64,000 nucleotides of DNA from Botryllus schlosseri (Eukaryota), in contig CM119371.1 in the NCBI GenBank assembly GCA_051294905.1, positions 11,100,001 through 11,164,000 on the forward strand. Reading direction: 5' to 3'. Each line of letters begins with the position of its first letter. Position 1 is the stretch's first letter. The position numbers were made by a program, and so were the translations under genes. The notes under the pieces were generated by a model that saw nothing but the letters and a program-made list of their open reading frames with translations, ran no database searches and was not told where the DNA came from. This document shows positions 24,790-37,793 of the stretch, piece after piece.

Positions 24790-26955
24790 CAGAGTTGGAT
24801 CTATTGTAATTTGTAATTGTAATTGAATGTAATTAATTACATTTTTCAATGTAATTGTAATTGAAGCATTTTTATTTTGTGTAATTGTAATTGTAATTGT
24901 AATTTGACAAAAATTTTGCTCAATTACAATTTCAATTACATTAAATTGCTATTGAGACCGGACAAGCACAACATAAAATAATTGACTTATAATGCATTCT
25001 CTTTAAATGTCGACAAGGAATTTGGTGGATCCATTCGCGGAAGACCTTGACTGCGCCCTTGCGGGCGAAGTTTTTTTTTAATTTTTACCGCTATGCTGGC
25101 CTCGGCTGCCATTGTATACAATTCTTAGATTACTAACCAACGGATGGATTCGCAACACGTGACTCGCGATTGAATACGCCGAGAAGCCAACTGCTGAGCC
25201 GGCTAAATGCAGCAGAATTGATAGTCCCATAGCTGGCGATCCAAGCGTCGAAATTTGATATGTATGGTCCGAATCGAAAGCTAGTGTCGCAGTGATTCCG
25301 CAATAAAAGTATATTTCCAGGCAATGGTACCATCCCAAAATAGTCGTGAAAGTCTGGGAATCGGCATTGTTCTCAACAATAGCTGGGCGTAATTGGTAAT
25401 TGTTGTGGTCATGCTGCTGCAGCGCTCTCACTTTTCAGAACAGTCGGCCTTAAACGGCTATTTTGGAGCAGTTACATTGCCCTGACGAGATTTTATTTTG
25501 TATTTTCGGAATTAGTACATCAATAGATTACGATAAAGACCAGATGCATCAAATTTGGACGCATGGATCGCCAGCTGTAGGACTACAAAGTTTGCTGCTT
25601 TTAGCCGGCTCTGCAGTACGTTTGTCGGTGCATTCATTCGCGACTCACATTTTGCGCATCTATCTATAGATAACTAACCTACGGATAGAAGGGCAAGACG
25701 AGAGTCACGGTCGAGTGATGCGACAACGGCAGATTTGTTGTCGCTTCATAGCATGAAACAGGAGCGTAATTGCTAATCCCATAGATGACGACCCGAGCGC
25801 TCAAATTAAATAAAGTTGATCTTATTTGAAAGCTACAGTCGCGCTGATTCTGATAATATACATTAAATTTTCATCAACGCAATGGAACCACCCCGAAATA
25901 GCCTTCAAAATATGAAAATCGGCATTGTTCTAAAACAATTGCAACGGCGCAGCACAATGACCATAACAACGGTCCGTGCGTGGTTGCGATTGTTTAGAAC
26001 AATGCCGATTTTCATATTTTGAAGGCTATTTCGGGGTGGTTCCATTGCCTTGATGAAAATTTAATGTATATTATCAGAATCAGCGCGACTGTAGCTTTCA
26101 AATAAGATCAACTTTATTTAATTTGAGCGCTCGGTTCGTCATCTATGGGATTAGCAATTACGCTTCCGTTTCATGCTATGAAGCGACAACAAATCTGCCG
26201 TTGTCGCATCACACGACCGTGACTCTCGTCTTGCCCATCTATCCGTAGGTTAGTTATCTATAATCTATCCGTGGGTTGGCAATCTACAATACGATTTCAG
26301 ATCACGATGCTGCATCGTTATTTAGTCTGGCTAACTAACCAGACCACTGGATATTATATAACGTCTTATCTGACAAAGCACGGTTTTGTTTTTACTCCTC
26401 ATCCTAATTCCTACGTCCCTCGATAAAAATAATATTATTTCTTTAATTATATGCTATATACGCGAATCCAACACGTGCATATATTATAATACTTTTTCAA
26501 CGACATACTGCACCCTATCCTTAATCCTAACCCATAGGAAATTAGGTAAATAACATTTTACATTTCCAATTACGTGAGCCATAATTACCTAGCATATAAA
26601 ACACGCTTATATTACGTCACAATGACATCTTACATAGCATACTATGTACGCACACGCACATAAACGCATTTATTACTACACAATCTGAACTAGACTTGAA
26701 TTGTTGTTAAATACGACGCTACGGTTGTCAAGGAGCACGGTTGAATTTACGATTATTCAATTACATGTTCAACAGCAGCAATTGTAATTGTAATTGTAAT
26801 GTAATTGAAGCATGCAAGGAGTAATTGTAATTGTAATTGTAATTTGATATTTTTAGCATGTAGTAATTGTAATTGTAATGTAATTGAAACATTCATGAAA
26901 GTAATTGTAATTGTAATTGTAATTGAACTGAAATAATGTAATTGATCCAACTCTG
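24790..26955. mobile_element. hAT MITE with (TGTAAT)n arrays, inserted in the hATm element
   Basis: TIR CAGAGTTGGATC...GATCCAACTCTG, perfect TSD ATCTCGAG. Confidence 0.9.
25125..26286. mobile_element. Foldback MITE (TAGAT-ACTAACC termini) with a younger relative nested at ~25667-26260
   Basis: Inner ~600-bp near-perfect palindrome centred ~25965; outer imperfect palindrome with similar termini; related copy at ~31217-31690. Confidence 0.75.
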
Positions 26956-27515
26956 ATCTCGAGCCACAGATGTAATCGCAAGTATATCCGACCAAGTACG
27001 GTGCTGCTCAGATTTAGATCTTGTTCTTCGCTGCGGCATGTGTACAATCTTTCGCCGTTTCGCCTCTGCCATGCCTCCAATATTGTTGCTCCAAATCATA
27101 AACTACTGCTATCGATTCTCAAGGAACACGTGTTACGGTACTACTAATGACTCATCAACCCACAACGCGCGCTTGTACAGAACCACACCCCCTACTAACA
27201 TACTCGACCTCAGCAACGCAGACTTTCAATTTAGTAATGCGAAGCACCCGAATCAGAGTCAGCTGTTTCAGTAATCATTGAAACTTAGCCGATTACCCAA
27301 TCAAGAACCGTGCTTTTGTGATTGCCAGCCTTTTCTCAACTCTGCCGTCGGTGGCCCGCCTACTCTTTACCAACGACTTTCAAACGCATTTAGACAAATC
27401 TTACCGACTTTCTTGCGGCTTCTTACAGGCCCATTATTGTCTTTTAACAATATTCTACAGAATAAGCTATGGATACGCAGTATTCCTAACATTTTCCAAA
27501 TTTTGAACAACCCTA

Positions 27516-27790
27516 GTGTTTATACAAAATGGAACCGGCAACAATATTTGTAATACTTGTTTTTGTCGGGATCATATCGTCAAAAGATGAATGTGAACTT
27601 GCAAAAATGTTATGACTTACCAGCAGTGCTAGAAATTCCGTGACTTGTACTCGATAGCATCGATACTCCTTTGGACTGTGTTGTGGACTGTGTTGTGGCT
27701 GAAAAAAGTTTGCATGTTTGTTCAGAGACATCTTGGATTGTACTTTAGCGGCATCCAATGTAAAGATAACAAGTACCTATTAAATTGAAG
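27516..27790 (-). pseudogene. Ser/Thr-rich segment of pseudogene B
   Basis: Homologous to 2900-3170 (DDMIPTKTSITNIVAGS vs DDVIPTKTHITNAVTGS); frameshifted. Confidence 0.45.
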
Positions 27791-27828
27791 TATTTGAAGA
27801 AAATCCAGAGCAATCGATCAAGAATAGT

Positions 27829-28232
27829 GGTGCTTCTTCGATATACCCCCGAGATCAAACATATGAAAATTTATAAATGGAAAAATAAATTCTTTTTTCG
27901 TGTTGGGTACGGAATATTAGGGTTGGAGGCGTCCGAAACCCCCATCCCTAATATCCGTCATCCTCCAAGCCTAATATCCCCCACTCAAAACCCTAATATC
28001 CCTGCCACACAACCCTAATATCTCCCGCTTACAACCCTAATATCCCTCCCCCAAAACCCTAATATCTCCCACCCACAACCCTAATATTAGGATGCCATAA
28101 CCAAAACCGTAACCCACTTCCAACCCTAACTTTCAGCACCCACAAAACCAATTCCATCTCAATCCCAGCATGGAAAAGAATCTATTTTTCCGTTTATATA
28201 TTTTGATCTTGGGGTTATATCGAAGAAGCGCC
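27829..28232. mobile_element. GG-terminated MITE with internal AACCCTAATAT minisatellite
   Basis: TIR GGTGCTTCTTCGATATACCCC / GGGGTTATATCGAAGAAGCGCC; TSD AGAATAGT/AGAATAAT. Superfamily (Merlin or MULE) uncertain. Confidence 0.75.
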
Positions 28233-28539
28233 AGAATAATTTGCTGGAGTAGTTGCCAACCAAAACATTTCAAGATTAGAACATAACTTTATTTATAGCT
28301 GCACACTTTCTTTTCCAAATTGGAGATTAAAAGAAGGATTACTGAGTTCAAGAAAAGTTGAAAAATGAATTAAATTACGACTTGAAAAATAACAGAACAA
28401 AGATCAAGTTTTATTCATATCAAATCAGGGCTGGATATACTTTGAAAGTCACATTTCCGCATAGCCTGTCGATCATTACTGACAATACCAGCGAAAGTCG
28501 TCTAGCTCGATGTAGATCGCCTTCAAGTCAGATTTTTCT

Positions 28540-29110
28540 CAATCAATCTTCCATAAATTTCCCATTACTGAGATTCAAGGTATTTGAACACTTCAGTTCA
28601 CTCTCTTATTTACCTAGGGGTTGATTTGGGCCCCGTGTAATGCAGGACTATCACTTTCTTTACATGTGTAACATCCTGATCCAGAAATTCATTAAATTCG
28701 AAAGTACAATTCAGTGACACGTGATAGTAAAATAGAGCTTAGCAAACCCCAAAGTCGCAATTACATGACGGATTTATTTCAATGCTTGGAATAAGTTTAA
28801 AGCAATTTTTCTGAAAATAACATGTCGAATATCCCTGATTTAGATTACGTTCCAGTAGCCCACCTTGACTTACACATTCGTATGTTACAACCAAACGTTG
28901 ATCATTAGGTATCTGAATATCGTTGCAAAAAGTGCTGTTTAATAGACATGAAGTAAGATTCTGGCAGATTTCTTGCACGTCTTTCTTCGGCCCATCACAG
29001 CATCCTTGAACAGATCTACAAGAAAATAAACTTCACACGGTTATTCATATTATTCTGATGTAGTCAAGACGAGCCACATTTTGCAGACCACCCGAAATAA
29101 CATTTATACG
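28540..29110 (-). pseudogene. Cys-rich + LRRCT-like segment of pseudogene B
   Basis: CRSVQGCC...EICQNLTSCLLNSTFCND...TYECVSQGGL...INPSCNCDF, then across frameshifts YTCKESDSPALHGAQI...ESELKC, resembling the LRR C-terminal cap NPxxCxC...C..P..L.G......L.C. Confidence 0.6.
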
Positions 29111-29208
29111 AAACATTATTTAGGTTGCATAATAAAGAACGAAATGGAAGATTCGAAGCAAGACAAAATAAACTTTCAGTACGACTTTTTACGTCCCTCG
29201 TGTAATAT

Positions 29209-32121
29209 CAGGGTTGCCATCGAGATAGACCCAAAATAAGGACAGTCGAAAAATTAGATTAGCATGAAAAAACTCTTTTGGACGTACTTTATCTTTATAT
29301 GAACCGTGATATATCACATTCCATACTTTTCGCCAGAAACAATCTGCTTGTTAATTAGAAAGTGCTTCATGGATCTCACGAGAGCTCAGGTCTAGGTTTA
29401 CGCAGGGCAGGAACAGCCCTTCGTCAGCCCCAGCATTTTGTCAGCCCCCCCCCCCCCCCCCGAAAAAAAAAAAAAAAAAAAAAAAACGTTAGTTTGAAAC
29501 GTTGGTTTTAATTCTCTCTCATAATCGTCACGAAAAACGTTTTTACGCCTGCTCATTTTAACTAATCAGATTTAGCCTTATTAGTAGCTGAAAGTATGTG
29601 CGCAAATGCAATATAATTTAGAAAAATGTAATAATGAATAATAGCTTCACTACTTTTTAACCAATGTGTCGCCTGCACTGCGCCTTTTTTCACTACGCAA
29701 TAAATGCTGCCTTCCCCACAGCTTGAGCTCATTCTGCTGTAGATCAAACAGCAGGAACCTGGTACTGCTGTTAACTGCTAAAATGACGTCCGCCGTGGCA
29801 CTGGCGTAGCAGCATGTGCTGCCGCCCCTGGCTCTCGCTTAAAATGCCGCCCGCCCCCCTAAGCCGACCGCAGCCGATATCGACATTGATTCATGTTGAA
29901 GCAATCTTCTCAATAAAAATAATTACAAATATTATGCCGCGTCTCAGCCCCACCGTCTCAGGGTTATTAGGGCCAAAAATAATATTGCCAAAAAATAGCG
30001 AACGAATGTAGGCTATTGTGCAAATAGAAAATCAATAACCGCCTCAAAACTTAACTTTTTGGGCTTTCGCCGAAGCAAAAGCAGCGATAATATCCTCAAA
30101 TTCAAGTCTTTGAACGTAGTCTCTTTCTATAGACAGAATGAATAGAGCTGATAGCCGATCATAATTCATAGTAGAACGTAAATAAGACTTAATCAGTTTG
30201 AGCTTTAAGAAGCTACTCTCACAGCACGCAATTGAAACACTAATGGTCTGATGAAGTTCAGACACGAGCATAAATATGGTGTCGAATAAGTAGCTTTGCA
30301 TTGCATATGTTTCTGCATGTTTTTGTCAATTGTTTGTTGCGATTGTAGTGTCATTGCAAGCTCTTTCCATTTTTCTATGCATTCTTTGTGAATTTGGAAA
30401 TTCTCATGCTCACATATGCGTGGATTTAAATGCCAAAAATGATCGAAACATTTTGCGCTAAATAAAGCAGAGCCAGTAAAATGGAACATCTTACAGCAAT
30501 AACAATACAATCCAGATTGCTTTTTCGAATATAATATCCAAATTCTCAAAATTGTGTCACCGTTTTTGAGTATTTTATAGAACCATTCTTTAGAAACACT
30601 TCTTCGCTAGTGCTGTCGCCAACTTTAATTATTCTGCTCCTGGAAGCAAATGGCCCATCCTTATTTTGATACCTTTCTGGTCCTGCTTTGACTAGCTCAA
30701 CTCTCAAATGGTGATCTATAACTTCAGGCCATCGGCCACATCATTGGGCAGATTGTTGACTACTGTAACTGCTTCTTCGTTGTTTTCGCCTTCGTCTACT
30801 TGTGTAACAGGCAATGCATAATTGATATCATTGGTAGGCCTATTACTCTTGGTAGACCCTGTCTCTCGCGTTTCTGCAGATAAGCTCATATTTTCAATAT
30901 CTTCCTGATTTTCATTTGAACCGTTCTCTGGCAACGTTAAAGAAACATTTGCGCCAGAAGAGGTTACAAATTTTAGCATAGCTCCCTCGTGCTTTTTTTT
31001 ATTTTTGCTTGTCTTGCTTTCTTCTTCTTTCTAGAAAAGCTCCACTCGCTTTGACACGTTTGATTTTCGAGTCTTAATTCACACTTGGATAAATCAAAGC
31101 ACAATCTGTCAATGTGACAAATATTACCAACTTAAACAGCCTAGGAACTGTCCTAGTAAACTGGTTTACCTTCGCAGCTATCTCGGTCTGCTGCACCAAA
31201 TCGTAACCCAGAGTATAGATCACTAACCTACGGATAGATGCGCAACTTAGTTGTTACACTTGAATACCCAGACAACCCTACTGCTGAGCTAGCTAAAAGC
31301 AGCATATTTGGTCAATGGTCATGGTTATCCTATAGTTGGTCATGCCCTCCGAGCAGTCAAATTTAACTATACTGATCCTAATCGAAATCTATTGTTGCCC
31401 TGATTCCGGAAATACAATTTAAATGCTGGCATTGTTCCGAATAATCGCTCGATATAATTTCCATTATCATGGTCAATTGGTCATTGAGTTGCGGCGCTCC
31501 GATTGTTTGGATCAATCGACCTTGACGGCTATTTCGGAATGGTTACATTGTCAAGTTAATATATTTATTCGTGTTTTCGGAATCAGCGCGACACTAGCTT
31601 TCGATTGAGACCAGTTGCACTAAATTTTAGCTCACGGGACGCCAGCTAAAGGACTACCAATTAGGCTGCTTTTAGTCGGCTGTGTACACTGTGCACTGTG
31701 CAGCAATGCAGCCTCATTTTGCAGCCCCCTTGGAGCCTGCCGCCCCTGGCGCAGAGCCAGAATTGCCAAGTGGCTGCTACGCCACTGCGTCGTGGTAACT
31801 TGGCACAGACGAAACCACTCACGGCCCGCGCTATCACACCACTTAGAAGTCTAATCTTATGGTGTGTAGGTACGTCACGAGAGTTCCTTTCCTTTATGAT
31901 GTCATAAAATTTCGACACAAAAGTATAATTTATGAATATTATGCCGCACAAAATACCAGAGGAAAACGATCGAAGTTCTGTGGTGGTTGAAAATATGACA
32001 AAATAAGGACTCAAGTCGAAAATAAGGACATTTCTTAGAAATAAGGACAGTTGAGTTTTCTAAGACGTGGCCCTTCAAGATAAGGAAAAATCTTAGAAAT
32101 AAGGACGGTATGGCAACCCTG
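29209..32121. mobile_element. hAT Blackjack-like non-autonomous element hosting a second hAT
   Basis: TIR CAGGGTTGCCAT...ATGGCAACCCTG, AATAAGGAC subterminal repeats; only AATAT is duplicated at the flanks. Confidence 0.75.
29799..31787 (-). mobile_element. Internally deleted hAT transposon (ZMYM1-like transposase remnants 30044-31070)
   Basis: TIR CA(C/G)TGGCGTAGCAGC; TSD CGCCGTGG/CGTCGTGG. TTF-type zinc finger WILYS...LYCYCCKMF...HEN..IHKEC..KW is joined to the dimerization motif SIACCESSFLKLKLIKSYLRSTM..DRLSAL.ILSIE; the catalytic core is missing. Confidence 0.9.
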
Positions 32122-33900
32122 AATATATATCCTCCGGCAAACGGAAATGTGCATCAGCTGTGTAGTGAGTCTGGAATATGTGTTGATCGGTTGTTTCCAT
32201 CACGTTCTGTGGTGCTGGGAATCAATCTAGACAGCGTCATCTACACCTTGGCTACATGAGTGATGAAGGTTTGTTCACCGCGTCATCGCCATACGGTACA
32301 TGAAGTCATAGGCAAAGTGGGTCAAGCTATGAATCGTCAACTTTGATGTCACATAAAGATCTCGAACCCGGTGTCAATAGATGTCGCCTCATACAAATCA
32401 ATAGCGACAACTTGTCATACAAGAAGATCTTTGGACGGAAGAGATTTTAGGTAAGCTAATAAAGATCAATCCGAGTATGAACATCTCTCTCAACCAATGT
32501 CATATCGCTTGCGTTTTCAGGCAATATCAGTCACACATAGAATAGTGACACTAACAGCGAAGGGCGTTAAAAGCATTTGTAACCTTTCTGATCATGAAAT
32601 GCTGCGTAATCTCCACATTATTCCATTAAATGAAGTCACCTTGGTCTATGTAGGTATGCGACAAAATGGGCTCTATTCTGAGGTATGTGAGAAAGACCGC
32701 ATCGTCGTGGATATTATTACATGTAATATATACAGAATCAAATTCAGACAATGTTCATAGATTTCCAACATAATCTCACCCGTCTGATGGTGAATGATAA
32801 ATTACAGATGTGATGTTTAGCACTCCTGTTAAACATATTATTTCTTTATATGGATTTTTACATACTTCCATCTCACCAGTAGAGAACATGTCTGCACTCC
32901 GCCAAAAGTTTATATCAGATAGTAGAAGATGTCTAGAAAAGGAAGGTTTTGAGTTACGACGTATCGTCGGTCATTACATATCGGTCATTAAGTAAAAATA
33001 TTATTATTAGGCTACTCTGTCTTAGCGACCGAATCGCCGATTTCAAAGGTCACTAAAATTCTCCGGATCTTGCTTTCAATGTCTTTAATTATAAACAATT
33101 CAATTAAACGGCCCTTGGAGATCAATTACTTTCGAAATTATTATGTATCAGTGATGTCGATTACAGATTATAGAGATAGCGGATTTAAAATCCAATTCCC
33201 CCGCCTATATACATGTCTCATGCTCATTAGCTTCATTGACCAAAACCAGAGGTACCCAATTTTAATCAGAGATAAACATATTTATTAGAGTTACAATGCG
33301 GGTTGAAGGCCCACTTGGTGTCACTCGACTTCGAAGAGCTATAAATCTTGGTGACTTATCATAAATCGTATGTCAAAATCGATATACCACCGAGCAAGGC
33401 ACAGGAAATGAATTCCAAGTTTATTAACATGATATAAATATTCAAATAACTGCTTAATTTTCAGAGTCTATGATTTTAAGACTCCTCTTGGTGATTTGCG
33501 GATTCAAATTTACGATAAACAGTATGTAACGAAGGAACGTGACAGGGTGGAATATTGTTCTCTTTTATATTATACATTAAGGCATAATGATCATTGATAT
33601 TATTTCCATTCATATACGCATTGCACCACAATTTTTGTCTTTAAAAATATCACAACCATGCAGGGGTGAGTCTAAGCCGCATTTGATAGTCAAACTGAGA
33701 CCTGCCAATGACCGATTCTCTCAAATATCTACTCGATTTGAAAATAGAAAGAAGGACATATTTCAAGTTTCTAGGGCAATTGCCAAAGTATAAAGGTGTG
33801 GAAAAAGGATTCCATACTATGTTGCAAAATTTTCATACGATACCATACTTGCATATTTCCATATTTTAAATCGAAATTTTGCTCCATGGCATAGCTTTCA
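32122..33900 (-). pseudogene. Decayed ectodomain (LRR-like) region of pseudogene B
   Basis: Collinear with 10210-11985; LRR-like NCPRNLKYVLLS and ENRSLAGLS. Confidence 0.4.
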
Positions 33901-35330
33901 TACTATACCCTAGTTTTTCATCACTGTTTCAATTACTATGGTAATTATTACTCGAATATCCCTGATATTCACTGAATGGTTACATTATAGCGGGTATATG
34001 GTCCACCTGACTTTCGTACATAACTATCTATAATGCTTCTGCGAATGTACACCGTATAATTTTACGTACAGCCAGAAGCAACTATGCATTTCGGAGCTAT
34101 AAATATTGTTCTGAGGTGTCTCGATTATACTCCGCCTCACCAAGTTTCGATGTCGGAGTAGATAGAAGCTTTTACACACTACACTTTACAGTCCATTCAC
34201 TCCATACCCTTGGTGTTTCGATACCTTTGAATATGCTATACTCAATTCGTACTGATAAAATCAGTTTTTCACCCTGTAGATAACAATAGGGCATCCATAG
34301 CTAAGCTTTACGTACGCGGGTCGCGGATAACCGGTGAGTTATCTGCAGAGATGCAATTAAAGTCACAGTAGATCTTAAGTCATTTCTGTGACACTTTCTA
34401 TTAGTCACTGCGACGTCGCTAATCGAATGCATCATCATGTTACATACAATGGCAGGATAGCTATGACTTATACTTTTTATGATATCATTATTGCGACTCC
34501 GGGGCGTGACTTATATCTATATTCAGCACGTCATCGCTCGCTGCACATATAATATTCGGTAAAAGATAAGTTCTCTTCTTTTTCTCATTGTAACCTGTAT
34601 TTCCCACTGGAATGGTGCTGTGAAATAACATTCTTAGACAGTGGGCAGATTCACCCGACTTCCATAAGTTCGATAGCATAGTCTCAAGAGATTCTAGGAC
34701 ATCATCGTACTCATTAACCTGATAACTGTCAACCACTTTTTGTAACATAACCGGCACAAAAAGTGGTCGTTTGTTGTGAATCCGTCAGATAAATAAGTTG
34801 AATCTCACCAATGTTCCTAAAATGATATAGGTGATTTGAAGCAATGAACGATTTTTTTTAAAACCGGACTATAATAAAACGGTAGCGTTCGGTGAAAATC
34901 ATTATCACCTAAAAATCATAATCTCCCAAACGACAACTTATATTACTTGCTACGTTTAACTAATAGGTTGTTTATTCTGCAATGTATTTCAATGCTGCCG
35001 CTAGTTATCATCGATTCAGAGGCTGATACTTACTAGTCATCATATCCAAAGAATATTGATTTCCTGTCAATCGAATCTATTTATTAATGTTATTGCGTTG
35101 ACAAAAACTACTGTACAAATATATATAAACTGATCCAGAAATGGGTTTACTTTGAAGTCTAGTTTACTTATGTACCGTGATTACGTTACGGACGCACGTC
35201 GTCCGAGTAGTCCAGGTTCAAAATGTAGCTAATATAGCAAAGTTTGCTGTAACAAATATAGTTGCAAGTCACTGTATCCATGTTGAATTTAAAATCTTGT
35301 TTGTTGCCAGGTTTGAGCTTTAAACTTTCA
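33900..35330 (-). pseudogene. LGR-like GPCR pseudogene C, 7TM remnant
   Basis: In order: NKILNSTWIQ*LATIFVTANFAIL (TM1), IYICTVVFVNAIT (TM2), LNVASNIS...VIMIFTERYRFII (ERY at 34882-34890), LLQITYIILGTLVRFNLFI* (TM4), LWMPYCY (TM6). Confidence 0.65.
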
Positions 35331-36187
35331 CGTCATTCGTTCCCAAATCCTAATTCGTAGAATAATGCAATTAATGCATGAGATTAGCGGCAAATCTCAT
35401 TCATGAACGATGTTATGTCAAGCAATGAACGAGGCGACTGAAGCACTACAATTCTGCAAGATTTGGGGCAATAAATATATTTTTGCTGGATTCATTCGTG
35501 AACGAGTCTTTTTTAGCTTATGGTGGTCTCCGTGTTTAAGGAATATAATTTAGGTCGGCACTATGAAATAAAATCATGTAGTGGATACATATAGTCCTAC
35601 TCGGCTGATTCGACCCTGCTAGTGAAACTAGCAAAACAGCAACGCTATTTTATCAACAGACAGCTATTGACGCGGCCTAATATTAACGCATCCACTTATT
35701 GACATGTGTTAACAGTGTAGTTCACTGATTCCAATTTAGGAAGATGCACGCTGCAGAACATATCACTGGGCAACAATTCCGAACGAATATTTTGTTGACT
35801 TCAATTTTGCACTTGATATACGCTAATTTTGGTATGCTGATTCCGAAAATGCCGCTGGTTTTCTTCTGTCACGTCAAGTTTTTTCTCTACGACAGATGCT
35901 CAAAATATGCAAATTTTTACGCATTTAGCCATATTACTTCTCCACACCATATAGACATCCACATTTTTATCATATGATAAGTTATATAGCCAAGGGGTCA
36001 ATTCAAATTATTGAAAACAAGGTACTGATATCCATATAGGCCATTGCATTCGCCCATTTCTGGTTAGAGGATGCAATCATCCGAGGATATTTCAGACACA
36101 TTTTCTGCAGACAAATAAAGACAAATGAACATTACATTTACTATCAGCTATTGGTCCAATGCCCCATTCAGTTTATCCAGTGTAACT

Positions 36188-36878
36188 TAGGGTTGCCATA
36201 CGTCCGGAATTTCCCGTCTGGGCAAATGTGCCAACCTTTAATTAGTATTCAGCTCATCAAATTTTGAGCTGGGCCACGACACATTTTTAAATTGGAAATG
36301 GATTCGCGACCATAAAAGGTTGGAAACCATTGGCTGTGCGGTGTTTAGATAGCTCAGTGGTGAAGTGCACACCCGCGGTAGGCTGATAAATAATTTTATC
36401 GGCGTGACATGAGCATGACCTAACGATGTTCAATAACGCCTCTTGCATTTTCGAAGTCATCATCCTACACCAGCTCTATTCTATTGCTGACTCTGATTAT
36501 GTGGGCGGAGAGAGGATTAAAATTATACAGTAATATATGGAAGAACCAATATCATTGACACAATTCATTCAAATCATTCAACGACCAGATGCATACAGTA
36601 AACCCCAAGAAGTTGCATCGAATACCCTACGATGGGCCCAAGAGCAGTGTATATTTTAACGGGATGGGGCTGAAAATATGTGGCTTCGGCCCAGGTTACA
36701 ACATACAATACACAACCGCATACTCCTGAACGGGATCACGACCACCTCTAGTCGATAGACAAAGCGTTGCTGGTGTGACGTCATATTGATTGACAATGTG
36801 CTCATACCTCATTTTGAAATCCGCTAGTGGGCGCTGAAGACCGTCCGGAATTTGTGAAACAAATATATGGTAACCCTA
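36188..36878. mobile_element. hAT Blackjack-like MITE, degraded
   Basis: TAGGGTTGCCATA...TATGGTAACCCTA; no clear TSD. Confidence 0.6.
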
Positions 36879-37080
36879 TCGTAGACTATAAGCGTGACTT
36901 AAATAAATTGGATCTATTAGCACCTATTACGAACGATAGTTTTGAACAACGATATGCTATGCTCTAGGAACTTGGTAATTGAATTCTAATGCTAAACGAT
37001 GACCCGCGCATTTGGCTATGGTACAACCAAGATGCAGCTTATTCAACTCTAATTTGTGCGGATTCGAATTTATGTAGTAC

Positions 37081-37412
37081 TAGGGTTACCATATTTTGGA
37101 AATCTGAAAGGAGTTCACTTTATCAAAATTATCAGACTTACAATACTGGAGTAAAATCCGGAACAATGCTAAATTGTTTCCGACTTCGTGGTTGGTTAAC
37201 AAAAAACGAATAAAAGTCAACTCTCCAGTTCAGCTCCCGCAATAGCCGCCGGAGCGTTACTTCAGTGCTGACTTACTCTATCTCAGTTCAATTTAACTGT
37301 ATTTTCAACCGGAATTCTCAATGAAGAGGACAAATTCTCAAAAAAGAGAACATTTGAGCGTCCTCCTAGGACACCTTCAAAAAAATCAAAAAAAAAGAGG
37401 ACGTATGGTAAC
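37081..37412. mobile_element. Blackjack-like MITE (10949 family) whose right TIR was hit by the 37413 element
   Basis: TAGGGTTACCATA...GGACGTATGGTAAC, then the insertion. Confidence 0.7.
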
Positions 37413-37793
37413 CAGACATGGGGTAATCGCGATTAGTAATCGTAATCGATTACGACGATCACAGCATTTTCAAGTAATCGTAATCGCAATCGATTACATT
37501 CGAAAAAAATCCAAAGTAATCGTAATCGTAATGGACAACTTCACATATCTAATTGATTTCTTTGTAAAAGAATGATTACTTTTTATTTGTACAATTAATA
37601 TGACATAACCGAACATTCGTGGTCAAGGAAGAGATATTCTACCAGGTTATTGATAGCGCAAACGGTTGATTTTCAAACGCCACTGCTCATTATTACGTCA
37701 GAAGTATTAACTTTGCTCGTCCTTGCGTAAGAAGTATCTACACGTAGTAAATATATATTCGATGTACATTGTTGTGTGATTGTTAGAACAGTA

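Larger units (their letters stand above)
23400..27515 (-). mobile_element. hATm-like DNA transposon with frameshifted transposase pseudogene (~23640-24700)
   Basis: Motifs RDDYRQ...PAATHHARWM...LY..K, NDLRF...WY..EE and KVVNDAAERGVK...LLQAVEEHRK. 5' TIR ATTTTCCAAATTTTGAACAACCCTA ends at 27515; 3' TIR not found, so the left boundary is approximate. Confidence 0.8.

Noticed and set aside
26753..27099. ORFs with ITITIT, LQLQLQ and NYNYNY repeats
   Set aside because: Translations of the (TGTAAT)n subterminal array of a MITE.
2790..29110. VLR-like (LRRCT + stalk + GPI tail) receptor
   Set aside because: A hydrophobic run follows the stalk in copy A only; both copies continue to an LGR-type hinge and TM motifs, which fits a GPCR better.
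29446..29486. C-run plus A-run as a retroposon poly(A) tail
   Set aside because: It follows a GCCCC subterminal motif typical of hAT ends; no retroelement body or TSD.
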